From contig CAWGXL010000011.1 in NCBI GenBank assembly GCA_963826535.1, forward strand, positions 192,809-256,808: a DNA stretch of 64,000 bases, written 5' to 3'. A program made the translations under genes and the position numbers. Under the pieces are notes generated by a model, which had not been told where the DNA came from, made no database searches, and was given only the letters and a program-made list of their open reading frames with translations. The DNA comes from an uncultured bacterium. Its GTDB lineage: Bacteria; Patescibacteriota; Microgenomatia; Levybacterales; UBA12049. This document shows, one piece after another, positions 19,983-30,363 of the stretch; within the stretch, counting starts at the first letter, position 1, and the number at the start of each line of letters is the position of its first letter.

Positions 19983-21788
19983 ATGTATGATAAGTATTAC
20001 ATGCATTTATTTAAATCAAAATTTATATTTTGGATTCTAATTATAGTTAGTGTTATAGCTTACTTATACTCGATGGTGATCGTAAAAATAGACACAAGCT
20101 TTGATTATCGCTGGCTTGCTTTCTGGCTACACATTTCATCTGTTTTACTGCTTTTGGTTTGTTACGCATCTAAAAGTGTTTCAAGGCTTAAAATTAAAAA
20201 ACTATTTTCGGAAGCCGAGATAAATTCAATTCTTATAATTATCATTGTTTCTGTGAGTGTGAATTTTTTACTTCTTCCAATATATCCATTCGTCAGCATA
20301 GCTGATGATTTACGGGATAGTGGGTTTGATGCAATGAGGATAGCGTCGGGTGATATAAAAAATATTTTTGATTACGGTAACTATAACGGTTATGGCCTAA
20401 TTATTCCCATATTTTCAAGTTTTTTCTATTATATTTTTGGTAGTAGTGTATTAACATACCGTTTCCCTGCAGCTTTACTTTCGACAATAGATATTCTTCT
20501 TCTTTATTTTTTAATACGTATTATTATTAACAAACAAGCTGCATTTTGGGGCGCAATTATTCTTGTTACATTACCTCTTCATCTTTACTTTGCGCGTACA
20601 CACGTAATTATGGCGTTCAATTTTTTTTGGATGCCTGTAATATTATTATTATTTTATAAACTGCTCAAGAAACACCGCCTTATAGATTATATTTTCTTAG
20701 GAGCGATTATAGGTTTTATATCCGGCTTCCATGCAGCGATTCGTTCTGTTGCATGCCTTGTACTTCTTATCATTCTCTTTTTAGATTTTAGAGAGATAAT
20801 ATTCAGAAAATTAATGCCTGACGAGAAAATACGTATCCGCCTGGTAAAAATAATTCTTTTGTTGCTCTTTGTATTTATAGGATTTGGCCCCCGTCTATTA
20901 TTTACAGGGCCGCAGAATTTCTTTCATACAAGCAGACTTCCTCTGGAAAATAAAATAGAAGCTGATTTGCCAATTAAATCAGATGATATAAATACAATTA
21001 AAGGTAACTATATTAAATCTCTAATGGGTTATTTTTATGAGCCGGTAACATTTTTTTATCACGACCCTAAACCAATCCTCTCTCCAATTCTGGCAATATT
21101 TTTTGTTCTGGGTATTGGTTATTCAGTTTTTGTATTAAAAAATTATTTTTTAAATATATTAATATTCATAATACTTGCGATACCGTTTCTCAATAGCGCT
21201 ATTACCGACTGGGTTAATGCAGATCACAGATTAAGTCCGATTTTCTCAATAGTCGCTATATTTGTCGCAATCGGTATAACATTTTGTTTAAATTTAATAA
21301 AAAATAAGATTTGGAAATATATTTTTGCTTCGTTTATAATTTTCTATATATCATGGCAGGCTATAATTTTTTACACTAATCAACCCGCAAATCTAAAATA
21401 TAAATTTCAAGACTATGTCTTAACACACGTCTTACGTTTTCTGCAAAATGAAAAAATATACCAGGCATCTCCTTTAATGAATTTGCAATATATGAGTTCA
21501 GCTAATCCACCCGGGCAAATTTGCCTCTTAGTGTCGTCTGCCAATTATAAATATTTCCATGGTAATGTTGGCATAATTGAGCAAAAAAAATATTTATTGC
21601 CAAGTGCCGATATCCAATTTGCCCCGGGTGATTCTATAAATGATAACGAGATATATATTGTGAGAAGTAGTTGCTCAGGAAAGGGCAACACACGCAGGTC
21701 CAATCAGACTTATACCCTTTCGTGTGTGTTGGGAAATAAATTTACCTGTCCTTTGAATTATATAGGGGACATAAAATTCCATTATTAA
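19983..21788 (+). CDS. ArnT/PMT-like GT-C glycosyltransferase
   Basis: IADD motif, FGSSVLTYRFPAAL, PLHLYFAR, multiple TMs. Confidence 0.65.
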   Translation: MYDKYYMHLFKSKFIFWILIIVSVIAYLYSMVIVKIDTSFDYRWLAFWLHISSVLLLLVCYASKSVSRLKIKKLFSEAEINSILIIIIVSVSVNFLLLPIYPFVSIADDLRDSGFDAMRIASGDIKNIFDYGNYNGYGLIIPIFSSFFYYIFGSSVLTYRFPAALLSTIDILLLYFLIRIIINKQAAFWGAIILVTLPLHLYFARTHVIMAFNFFWMPVILLLFYKLLKKHRLIDYIFLGAIIGFISGFHAAIRSVACLVLLIILFLDFREIIFRKLMPDEKIRIRLVKIILLLLFVFIGFGPRLLFTGPQNFFHTSRLPLENKIEADLPIKSDDINTIKGNYIKSLMGYFYEPVTFFYHDPKPILSPILAIFFVLGIGYSVFVLKNYFLNILIFIILAIPFLNSAITDWVNADHRLSPIFSIVAIFVAIGITFCLNLIKNKIWKYIFASFIIFYISWQAIIFYTNQPANLKYKFQDYVLTHVLRFLQNEKIYQASPLMNLQYMSSANPPGQICLLVSSANYKYFHGNVGIIEQKKYLLPSADIQFAPGDSINDNEIYIVRSSCSGKGNTRRSNQTYTLSCVLGNKFTCPLNYIGDIKFHY

Positions 21789-21799
21789 AAAGGCTGTAT

Positions 21800-24124
21800 T
21801 TATTGAACGATGTAGGTGACTTTTCCCTCAGATGAAACGTTTAGCCAATAAAATTTCCGGGTTGGGTAGGCTGAGCGCATTTGGGCAATAGCAACTTGAG
21901 AAGGAGCATACGCAAAGAGGACGTTACTCTGCCCCTTTGGATCATTCATTGCAGCAAGGATATGATAAAACAAATTCCAATCCTGAGTTAAGACAATCGC
22001 GTTCTGTAATTTATTATTGTATACGGGCGTCGTATCTAGTTTTGAATAATTAGGAAGTTCTAAAAAATGATAGTAAAGCTGCAAATGTCTTGGCGTATAA
22101 TACACTAGATTATAGAGTAAAAAGATAGCCACTAACAAAATTACCGGCCAAGCTAACTTGATTTGTTTTAGTTTTACAGTGGAAATGACCCAATTATTAA
22201 GCACAATTATTCCACGTGCAGTTAAGAACACGAGAAATGGCAATACTTCAAAGAGATGACGCGGCCCAATAGCAATACCATGATAATAAAATGGTATCTG
22301 TGTTACAAAAGTCATGATGGCGATTATTAAGCACAGATAGTCAAAGCGGTTAGCTTTTTGAAGTAAAAAAGGGATAGCAATAAATCCTAAGGTAAATGCA
22401 TATGGCCATCCGAATAGTTCGAATTGTATGCTTGTCATTAATTGATCAAGACTTACCAATCCGGCTGCGACTGTGTGCTCCCCAAAATGTCCGATATTTT
22501 TGCCAAATCCATATATATCCGATGAGGAATGCAACACTTTTGGCGTGAGGAACATATTGCCTGTCTGAAGATGATTATATAAAAGATATAAAAAAACAAA
22601 AAAGAAAAAAATAATTGTATATATTCCCACAATACGTATCAGCTTTTTTTTACTTATAACTAAACTTGCATTACTATGCGTTGACTTTTTAATGACTGGG
22701 AAAAAATGGATAAGAAAAATGCCGACAGCACAAATTCCTCCTATAACTATTGCTGCAAGCTCACGTGTCAAAAAGGCAAACCCTAAACATGCTGCGGATA
22801 ATATTATATAACGATATAGTATTTCGCCTGATTTTGCTTTTCTGCAAAATACCTGCCAAAAATAACTCATGAAGACCAGGAAAAACAGGCAAACAGTATG
22901 ACTTAAATATGATGCAGCCTGGAAACTATAAAAAGGTGAGAAGGCTACAAGCCCAAGGGCTAATATACCTGTTGGCCTGCCAAACCATTCTTTGGCTAAA
23001 AGATATATTCCAAAAAGGGATGCTACTCCCAGAACCGGCGTAACAATCCAGGGCATGTGTATTAACATTCCAAGAGCAAGGATCAGTGAGGTTCCGGGCG
23101 GGAAAATCATAAACCAATGATTGTCATGCATAACCATAAATGGGCTTCTCAACCAAATGTATTCCGGTGTTGCCGGAAGAGAAAGCTGGCCAAGAGCAAA
23201 TATCTTTGCTTGTGAGTAATACGCCAGCTCATCCAGAATGTGCGGCATAGATTGGAATTCATATACGGAGATAAAAAGCGTATATATTAAAGATGCCATT
23301 AATAAAATAATTACAAAAACAGTGAACAATTGGGAGGACTTGCGTAATAAGCGGTTGGTATATTTTCCTAAATGGTTAGTGTTAAATACATGGGAGACAA
23401 TTGGCCTGCCTATATAGGCTGCCAGTAAACAGCCAAGGCAGAGCAGAAAGCTAACCAGTAATATCCGGGCCAGTGAAATAAGATTCTCTCCGAGGAAGGG
23501 GCCGGGATCTCTGGGAAAGTATGTTTGATAAATATTTTGGTCCTCTCTGTCCGGAATAGAGGCAAATACTTTTAAAGTTCTATCATTCCGATTTAGAGAT
23601 ACCTTATAACTTGTTTTATTATTGGTAATAAACTGCAGGCTTATTTCTTTTACAGGATAGAACAGAGAGATTTGAATGTCTGTAAATTTTGAAATTTCCG
23701 GAAGTGTAATTGGAGAATCTGTGGCCGGTGATTGTGCATAATATATTTCTTTATGTGTCTCAGCATTAAAAACACGTAAATCCTGCCATTTATTGTAAGC
23801 ACTACCTCCCCTCATCCAATCAGATAGTTTGTAATAAAAAGAATTAGAAAGTGACTGAAAGTATGCAGCTTCATAATTGTGATTAGTTATTGAGTCTGAT
23901 CCATCAATTTGAAATTCATGTGCCAGCGGGTCCGGCTTTTCTAAAAATAATTGTGTTGTACTTGCCGCATCAAATGGAAGAGGAATTGTATTCCCATCAA
24001 TTAATAACCGTGCATTATTTTGTCTTATCTCTAATTTAAAATGTATAGCCGCAAAAGAAACACCGATACTGTACAAAATTAGAATAAAAATAAATACGCT
24101 TGTGAATATGATAATTTTCTTCAT
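21800..24124 (-). CDS. GT-C glycosyltransferase with N-terminal extracellular domain
   Basis: PHILDELAY, FPPG and GPRHLFE motifs, multiple TMs; ATG at 24124 overlaps the upstream TAA. Confidence 0.65.
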   Translation of the reverse strand: MKKIIIFTSVFIFILILYSIGVSFAAIHFKLEIRQNNARLLIDGNTIPLPFDAASTTQLFLEKPDPLAHEFQIDGSDSITNHNYEAAYFQSLSNSFYYKLSDWMRGGSAYNKWQDLRVFNAETHKEIYYAQSPATDSPITLPEISKFTDIQISLFYPVKEISLQFITNNKTSYKVSLNRNDRTLKVFASIPDREDQNIYQTYFPRDPGPFLGENLISLARILLVSFLLCLGCLLAAYIGRPIVSHVFNTNHLGKYTNRLLRKSSQLFTVFVIILLMASLIYTLFISVYEFQSMPHILDELAYYSQAKIFALGQLSLPATPEYIWLRSPFMVMHDNHWFMIFPPGTSLILALGMLIHMPWIVTPVLGVASLFGIYLLAKEWFGRPTGILALGLVAFSPFYSFQAASYLSHTVCLFFLVFMSYFWQVFCRKAKSGEILYRYIILSAACLGFAFLTRELAAIVIGGICAVGIFLIHFFPVIKKSTHSNASLVISKKKLIRIVGIYTIIFFFFVFLYLLYNHLQTGNMFLTPKVLHSSSDIYGFGKNIGHFGEHTVAAGLVSLDQLMTSIQFELFGWPYAFTLGFIAIPFLLQKANRFDYLCLIIAIMTFVTQIPFYYHGIAIGPRHLFEVLPFLVFLTARGIIVLNNWVISTVKLKQIKLAWPVILLVAIFLLYNLVYYTPRHLQLYYHFLELPNYSKLDTTPVYNNKLQNAIVLTQDWNLFYHILAAMNDPKGQSNVLFAYAPSQVAIAQMRSAYPTRKFYWLNVSSEGKVTYIVQ

Positions 24125-25947
24125 TACCAATTAAATGTGGGTTGAACTTTTTGGAAGATCATTATTTTGGGATGATCGTATACGGTAAAGGATTCATCGG
24201 CTTCTGAATCATTTATGGGAATCTTGAGAATTGGGAGGGTCGGATAGTTTGTGAACTCCGCAATTTTTTGGAAGCCTAATGAGCCATTAAATAGATCCTG
24301 ATAATATTCAGCAGTCAAAGTATAGCATTTGTCCTGGGGTAGGGACTTGCAGTCGGTTAATTTTTGCAAGGGGGTGTAGAGTCTATTGGAAGCAATGATA
24401 ATAAAGTCAGTTTGGGCAAGTATTTGATTGATATTTTGCCATTTTGCCGGCGTGTCAGGATCGTACAGCGGCAGAGTCACAATCCGATAATTTTGACCTC
24501 CGTATATGGGTACCGGATCATCCCAATGTTCCTGGGCTATAACTTTTCCGGCGGGGATGAATTCATTGATCCAAAGGGTCGCAGTTGTGCGTGGGTTAGG
24601 TACGGTGTAGGTACGGATAAAACTTATTGGCCAGATTAAAATAAGGGTAAATGGTATGGCGTAAAGGGTAAAGCGTAATAAACGGTTTTTTAGGTAATGT
24701 TTGAGATATTTCAGGAACATATATGCAGCCAGTGCGCCAAATATACACAACATGGGATAGAGAGGGAGCATATAGCGCATAAAGCCAATTGCGAATCTTC
24801 CGACTATTAAAAAATATGCAAGGAAGAAGATGGCTATAATAACTTCCAATGCCCATTTTCCCTGCCTCATAGGAGGAATGGCATGCAACTTGCGGGAAAA
24901 CGCATGCCGGAAAAAATAAATAGTGCCTATAAAGGAAATGATCCCCAACAGTGGCCCGAGACCCCAGAGGATGATGTTTTTAATTTCATAAAGATATGGT
25001 ATTTTACCTACATATTGAAGCGTATAGGGGAAGGTAAAGGCACTGCGCGTCATTTGTGATTGTTCCAGAGTTTGTCTCCAAAATTCCGGGAAATCAATTA
25101 TCGCGTATGGCGAGCAAATGGCAAAGACGAGGAAGGCTGCAATACTTATTATAAACGAAAAAGAAAAAACATGATTTATAGAAGCCGGAAGGCGAGATAA
25201 CCACAGACGCGGTTTGTGCGGCTGTCTGAGGATAAGCAAAGCAAAAGGCGCGATTAATGCCGCCGCGATCGGGAAGAACAGAACAAGAGCGCTTGTTTTG
25301 GTTGCCAATGCAAGACCTAAAAAAATACCTATAAAAAGGGCGTGTTTTATGGTTGGTTTTTCGTAAAATAAAATAAGCCGGTATAAAGCTGCCAGGATGA
25401 AAAATGTCAGAAGTGTATCTACCGCATAGAAATGAGAAAGCTGGATGGGTAGAACGCTTACCGCATAGAAAAAGGAGGCTATATATCCGACTTTTGCCCC
25501 AAATAGTTTTCTGCCAAGATAAAAGACCAAAGCTAACGTTCCCAGATCGAACAATGCTGAGGTGAACCGACCCGCAATATTGATCAAGTCATAACCGGTA
25601 AAAAACGGATTGAATGCTCCAAGTCCTTCACCTATAAATTTCAATAGATAAAACGGGAAGCTGCCGTAGGCGAAAAAATGCGGATTAAATGGGCTATCCG
25701 GAGAGAGAAAAGAATTCAGATCAGCGGGAAATTGTATTTTTACAACTGTCATAATAATTGCCCGTTCGTCCGGATGTAAATGATATCCCTGATCCCAATT
25801 GAGACCATAGAAGCGAAAAAGTGCTCCGAATAATAAAATAAGCAGCAATAGTTTTTTTTGTTGGTTTAATTTCATGTTTAAATTAATTTTTAATTTTTTC
25901 ATAGATATATACAACCGGCCTGTCAAAGACATTTGCCGTTTCTTCAA
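24124..25947 (-). CDS. GT39/PMT-like glycosyltransferase (true start probably near 25900)
   Basis: LNWDQGYHLHPDER, NPHFFAYGS, QLSHFYAVD, RYMLP, DESFTVYDHP. Confidence 0.75.
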   Translation of the reverse strand: MKKRQMSLTGRLYISMKKLKINLNMKLNQQKKLLLLILLFGALFRFYGLNWDQGYHLHPDERAIIMTVVKIQFPADLNSFLSPDSPFNPHFFAYGSFPFYLLKFIGEGLGAFNPFFTGYDLINIAGRFTSALFDLGTLALVFYLGRKLFGAKVGYIASFFYAVSVLPIQLSHFYAVDTLLTFFILAALYRLILFYEKPTIKHALFIGIFLGLALATKTSALVLFFPIAAALIAPFALLILRQPHKPRLWLSRLPASINHVFSFSFIISIAAFLVFAICSPYAIIDFPEFWRQTLEQSQMTRSAFTFPYTLQYVGKIPYLYEIKNIILWGLGPLLGIISFIGTIYFFRHAFSRKLHAIPPMRQGKWALEVIIAIFFLAYFLIVGRFAIGFMRYMLPLYPMLCIFGALAAYMFLKYLKHYLKNRLLRFTLYAIPFTLILIWPISFIRTYTVPNPRTTATLWINEFIPAGKVIAQEHWDDPVPIYGGQNYRIVTLPLYDPDTPAKWQNINQILAQTDFIIIASNRLYTPLQKLTDCKSLPQDKCYTLTAEYYQDLFNGSLGFQKIAEFTNYPTLPILKIPINDSEADESFTVYDHPKIMIFQKVQPTFNW

Positions 25948-27625
25948 AACTAAAGACCGGACTATTTAAATAGGTAATCCTACAAAAAATATCACATGGC
26001 GTAGCGTATATTTTTTGAAACCCGTTCATATGAGCGAATAATGCTGAATAAAAGGAGTACGCGAGGGGATAAGTTATTGGATCGTTAAGGCGAGTCTTCA
26101 GGATACGCTGGCTGGGCAGAATAATGTAATCTGAAACTGCCAATTGCTGTGCCAATCTGTCGGTCGTGTATTCAGGTGAATTATTATCTAAATCATAAAA
26201 GTTAAAGAGGGTTATATTAGGAAACGAATCATTAAATGGCGTGATGCCCATGTCAAACACTTCACTGAGGATTGCGGCATTTGATGGGACGTGTTGCAAG
26301 GCATAAATTTTAGCGGCGATGCGAGTGTCTGTTTGGATATAAGCAGTAATAAAATAGGAGATGGAAAATATGATGGTAATACAAACAAAAATCCCCCCAA
26401 CCCCCTTAAATAAAGGAGGTGTCCGTAGGACGGGAGATTTGCTCATTGCAATAAATTCTGAAAGCGAGAGGCTCATAATCAGGTACATAAATGGTAGTGT
26501 TGGTACCATATAGCGGATCCATTTTGCGTAAAGAAATGCCTGGGAAAGAAATAGTATTAAGAAGAAAATATTAAGCATTAAGTATTTGCTATTCTTTGTT
26601 TTTATGGAAATAAAAATTAAGTAAAAGAATGATGGTATAAATAAACATGTTAATAACGGATTAAGAAGGAAGGGATAAATGTGAAGAAACTGAAAAACGA
26701 CGGGGACTACGTTTTTAAACTCTCCTGTATAGAAAACAGACAGCGTACCCAAGGCTACGCGTGATTCATAAAACATGCTGCCATAGAACTCAGAGAAGTC
26801 GAAATAGACGAAGGGATTGGTGATAAAAAAGACAAGAATGGATACTGCGCAAAACAGGATGCAATTGCGGATAAAGTTAAAAATGCGGCGCACGCGATGC
26901 TCTTTATTTATAGGATAAAAATGAGAAAGGAAAAGCGCTAAAACCGGAAGCGGCAATAATGCTATGTGGGATACTTTGGTTGCAATTGCTGCGCCAAAGA
27001 CTAAAGCTGTAACGAGAAGAGGCAGGAAATCGAGCCTCCGCAAGAGACGGAGAGTAAACAGAAAAAGTAAAACACTTAGCAAGGTCAGCCACATTTCGAA
27101 GGTGCCGAAATGGGCATATTGAATTAAACCTGTACTAAATGTCGCAAAAAAAGCTGCTATCAGGCCGGTCTGATTACTCAAATCCCCCGCCTTCGGCACC
27201 CCCTTTAATAAAGGGGGTTGGGGGGATTTATTGGCACTTAGATATATTTTCTTTCCGATGAAAAACATAAGCGGGATTAGCAAGAGGGAAAATAAGGCGG
27301 AAAAAAATCTGCTAATTAAAATTGCTAGCTCGAAAGACACGGTAAAAATTGTCATATCATCTGCGGATAATTGAAAGGACAGGGGAAGAGATAAATAATT
27401 AACAAAAACGCCGGTGAGGTATATCGTGTAAATCGGCAATGATCCGTAGGCAAAAAAATGCGGGTTCAACTGGTCGGGGAATTTCAGTCCGGAGACTGCG
27501 GAGGCAATATTGCGTTCGTCAGGATGGAAATAAAATGGCGCACCCCAGTTGAGATTATAGAACCGAAGGATTGCTCCAATAATTATCAGAAGACACAGCA
27601 AGAAAAGAATATTTTTTTTCTTCAT
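25883..27625 (-). CDS. GT39/PMT-like glycosyltransferase, paralog of the adjacent gene
   Basis: LNWGAPFYFHPDER, NPHFFAYGS, RYMVP, EETANVFDRP; carries two in-frame palindromic inserts. Confidence 0.75.
   Translation of the reverse strand: MKKKNILFLLCLLIIIGAILRFYNLNWGAPFYFHPDERNIASAVSGLKFPDQLNPHFFAYGSLPIYTIYLTGVFVNYLSLPLSFQLSADDMTIFTVSFELAILISRFFSALFSLLLIPLMFFIGKKIYLSANKSPQPPLLKGVPKAGDLSNQTGLIAAFFATFSTGLIQYAHFGTFEMWLTLLSVLLFLFTLRLLRRLDFLPLLVTALVFGAAIATKVSHIALLPLPVLALFLSHFYPINKEHRVRRIFNFIRNCILFCAVSILVFFITNPFVYFDFSEFYGSMFYESRVALGTLSVFYTGEFKNVVPVVFQFLHIYPFLLNPLLTCLFIPSFFYLIFISIKTKNSKYLMLNIFFLILFLSQAFLYAKWIRYMVPTLPFMYLIMSLSLSEFIAMSKSPVLRTPPLFKGVGGIFVCITIIFSISYFITAYIQTDTRIAAKIYALQHVPSNAAILSEVFDMGITPFNDSFPNITLFNFYDLDNNSPEYTTDRLAQQLAVSDYIILPSQRILKTRLNDPITYPLAYSFYSALFAHMNGFQKIYATPCDIFCRITYLNSPVFSFEETANVFDRPVVYIYEKIKN
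26389..26440. repeat. In-frame palindromic element (copy A)
   Basis: AAATCCCCCCAACCCCCTTAAATAAAGGAGGTGTCCGTAGGACGGGAGATTT, encoding KSPVLRTPPLFKGVGGI. Confidence 0.75.
27180..27228. repeat. In-frame palindromic element (copy B, inverted relative to A)
   Basis: AAATCCCCCGCCTTCGGCACCCCCTTTAATAAAGGGGGTTGGGGGATTT, encoding KSPQPPLLKGVPKAGD. Confidence 0.75.
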
Positions 27626-27674
27626 GTCATTACAATAATTATGGTAACACAGGCGAGGTAGAAATTACAAAAAA

Positions 27675-30278
27675 TCAAAAGAGAGGGAATATATCAAAAA
27701 AGCTAGCGTCCGGGTTCTCGCCCCTACATTCTGGTTCCGGAGTGGATTTGTCGTCCCAGCAAGGGATATTCTGCGAATCTTTATTGTCTTTTACCCAAGT
27801 AGACGTTTGCTCGGGTTTCTCACCCTTGCATTCTGGTTCCGGAGTAGCTTTGTTGTCCCAGCAAGGGATATTCTGCGAATCTTTATTGTCTTTTACCCAA
27901 TTGTCCTTGACAGGCAGTGCGGGTTGATCGGGTTGCGCAGGCGGCTGGGGTTTATTCACTTCACATTCCTGTTTGGGTGTTTCAAGGTCGTCCCAACATG
28001 TGCCGCCTGCTCCGGATGGATCCGGCTTTTGTACCCAATTTCCTCCGGCGGGTTTTGCAGGTTGCGCAGGCTTGTCAGGTTGCGGCTTGACAGGATCCGC
28101 GGGTGGTACGTATCCCTTCTGACCAGGAGCGCGTAGGTTGCCCGGGGGATCCGATTCGCATTCTTTTACTTCAGTGGTTGTTGTGTCGTCCCAGCAGCCA
28201 CCTTCATATTCTACATAACTTGGTTTCGGCTGGCCGTCGGGACCGGGCTGAAACTCGCTGGCGGAGCAACCCGTTATATTTAAGGCGGTTCCGGCACTAT
28301 CAATACTTTTCCGTGCGGCAGTACATGAAGCTTCAGTATCACCGCACTTTTCTGCTGATGTATTTCCATCCTTATTCGTATAAGAGAAGCACCATCGTGT
28401 TTGTTTGGGAGGAAGTGCTTGATCGCAAGGCACAACTTTATTCACACCATTTATTTCCTTATTACACCATTTCGCCTCTGGCTCACTTTTGGTACTAGCC
28501 GGTATCTGGCAACGCGGGTCGTTGGGATCCTTGCAAATGCCGGGTATTTTTAAGATATCAACTACGATTAGCTGAAAAATAACAAAGGAGAAAATAATAA
28601 ATATAAGTCCAACTATAGCCGCGATTAACTGATCACGTCCCTGTTGTACTTGTTCCGGTTTGCCTGATGAGGTAATTAGTTTATAGCCGGCAAAAATCAT
28701 AAGAAGCAGCGCTATTCCTCCAGCGAAACCGAGGAGGATAGTAAAGAATCTTAATACGAACGCGGCCGGATCGGTGGGGATATCCTTTGTGTCATCCGTA
28801 TCGCCGGAAAAGGAAGTACGGATTTTTTTACACCCCCCTGTCTCCAACCACTCGACACATGGGGGAGAAGGATTAATAATAGTAGTCGGTTTTGGAACAG
28901 TGGTCGGCTCAATGTATTGATTCGCGGTTTCTACATCAACAATACCCTGATCTACAAGTTTGGCTATAGTGTTGTCATCCAGGCCGGTAAGTCCAAACTT
29001 TTTCAGGACGCCTTTTACGTTATCTATAACTGATGGATCGCTGGCAACTCCGCCCGGTTGGCCGCAACCTCCCGATGACGGAGCGCTGCTGTTTCCGCTT
29101 GGTTGCGATGTGTTCCCGGTTGGGGCTTGTGCTTCCTTCCTACATAATGTAACCGTATGATTGACTGACTTGAATGCTTCTTTTTTATCATCGCACAGCG
29201 ACTGAGTAGCGTCGCACTGCACGCCTTTCACACCCCAGCGATTTGTCGCTGTAAAACAAAACAACTCAGAGACCGATGGCTTAGTGGATGTGCCTTCGCA
29301 TTCGTTAATATTCGGAGTCAGAATGTTATCGCAATCGCTGGGCGGACTGGTGGTGTCGGCCAAAACGTCTCCTCCCCTAGGCCCGGTTTGGGTGCCTTGC
29401 ACGCCGGTTGAGTTTTGTGCGGGTTGTTCAACACAACCTGTGACCGTATGCTTGGCTACCTCAAATACCTTTCTCATACTAATGCAATCATCTTTAGTAG
29501 CGGAGCACTGAGGACCTTGTGCGCCAATCTCGGGTTGAGCTGTTGAATCGAAGCACCATTTTGGTTTGGCTCCACTTGGCGGAGTGTCCGAGCATTTTTC
29601 GACAATATTCGGAGTAACAGTACTATCGCATTTTTCATCTCCGCCTTCTGGCAAATTTTCTCCGCTTGGCGGCGGTTTGGCCGCGCCGGAGCCGGATTCG
29701 CCTCCACAAGTTATTGCCTTCATAATACCTTCTGGACTAAAAATACCTAAATCTTTGAGTTTGCCTACTGTACTGGAGGGTATCTTAACGCCAAACTGAC
29801 CCAGGAGAGAATGTATTGTGTCCTCTTGAGTAAAAATTCCCTGAAGCCCGCCCTGCAATATCCCTCCGAGACCGAGCGCACCCCCCACTTCGTCTACTAA
29901 AATATCTTTTAAACCCACGCCATTTAAAAATTTATCCATTATCGGCGATAATGACCCAAGACCGGCGTATCCCAAGATGCCCTTTGTTATAGCGCCATAG
30001 TTTTCCTGAGCTATGAAGTCATAAGTCTCTCTACCTACAGAATAGATTTCATGACCTGTTTTAACTGTTTCAATAATCCCCATCAATTGCTCGCTTTGCA
30101 GTACATAATCCTTTGCTTGTTTTACTAACCCCTGGGCTTGCAGTGCTAATTGCCCGATATCTTCTGTTAACCATTGAGCATTTGCCCGTTGAGGATATAA
30201 AAAATAAGAAGCTGCGGTTGAAAAAACTACCAAGGACAAGATAATTGCTATAAATAACTTTTTCACTCCTTCCAGCAT
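27675..30278 (-). CDS. Large secreted Cys-rich protein with an internal TrbC/VirB2-type (CPR) pilin domain
   Basis: Signal peptide ending ANA|QW; GIALLLMIFAGYKLITSSGKPEQVQQGRDQLIAAIVGLIFI pilin hairpin; Cys-rich repeats; ATG at 30278 preferred. Confidence 0.7.
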   Translation of the reverse strand: MLEGVKKLFIAIILSLVVFSTAASYFLYPQRANAQWLTEDIGQLALQAQGLVKQAKDYVLQSEQLMGIIETVKTGHEIYSVGRETYDFIAQENYGAITKGILGYAGLGSLSPIMDKFLNGVGLKDILVDEVGGALGLGGILQGGLQGIFTQEDTIHSLLGQFGVKIPSSTVGKLKDLGIFSPEGIMKAITCGGESGSGAAKPPPSGENLPEGGDEKCDSTVTPNIVEKCSDTPPSGAKPKWCFDSTAQPEIGAQGPQCSATKDDCISMRKVFEVAKHTVTGCVEQPAQNSTGVQGTQTGPRGGDVLADTTSPPSDCDNILTPNINECEGTSTKPSVSELFCFTATNRWGVKGVQCDATQSLCDDKKEAFKSVNHTVTLCRKEAQAPTGNTSQPSGNSSAPSSGGCGQPGGVASDPSVIDNVKGVLKKFGLTGLDDNTIAKLVDQGIVDVETANQYIEPTTVPKPTTIINPSPPCVEWLETGGCKKIRTSFSGDTDDTKDIPTDPAAFVLRFFTILLGFAGGIALLLMIFAGYKLITSSGKPEQVQQGRDQLIAAIVGLIFIIFSFVIFQLIVVDILKIPGICKDPNDPRCQIPASTKSEPEAKWCNKEINGVNKVVPCDQALPPKQTRWCFSYTNKDGNTSAEKCGDTEASCTAARKSIDSAGTALNITGCSASEFQPGPDGQPKPSYVEYEGGCWDDTTTTEVKECESDPPGNLRAPGQKGYVPPADPVKPQPDKPAQPAKPAGGNWVQKPDPSGAGGTCWDDLETPKQECEVNKPQPPAQPDQPALPVKDNWVKDNKDSQNIPCWDNKATPEPECKGEKPEQTSTWVKDNKDSQNIPCWDDKSTPEPECRGENPDASFFDIFPLF
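27711..27899. repeat. 102-bp (34-aa) tandem duplication at the 3' end of the pilin-domain gene
   Basis: CCCAGCAAGGGATATTCTGCGAATCTTTATTGTCTTTTACCCAA present twice, 102 bp apart. Confidence 0.9.
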
Positions 30279-30363
30279 GACAAAAAATGATAAAATTTGC
30301 AAGAGGAGTGCGAATCTTGACAAGCAATACTTAATTACGCTACTGTTATTGTAGATAACAATT

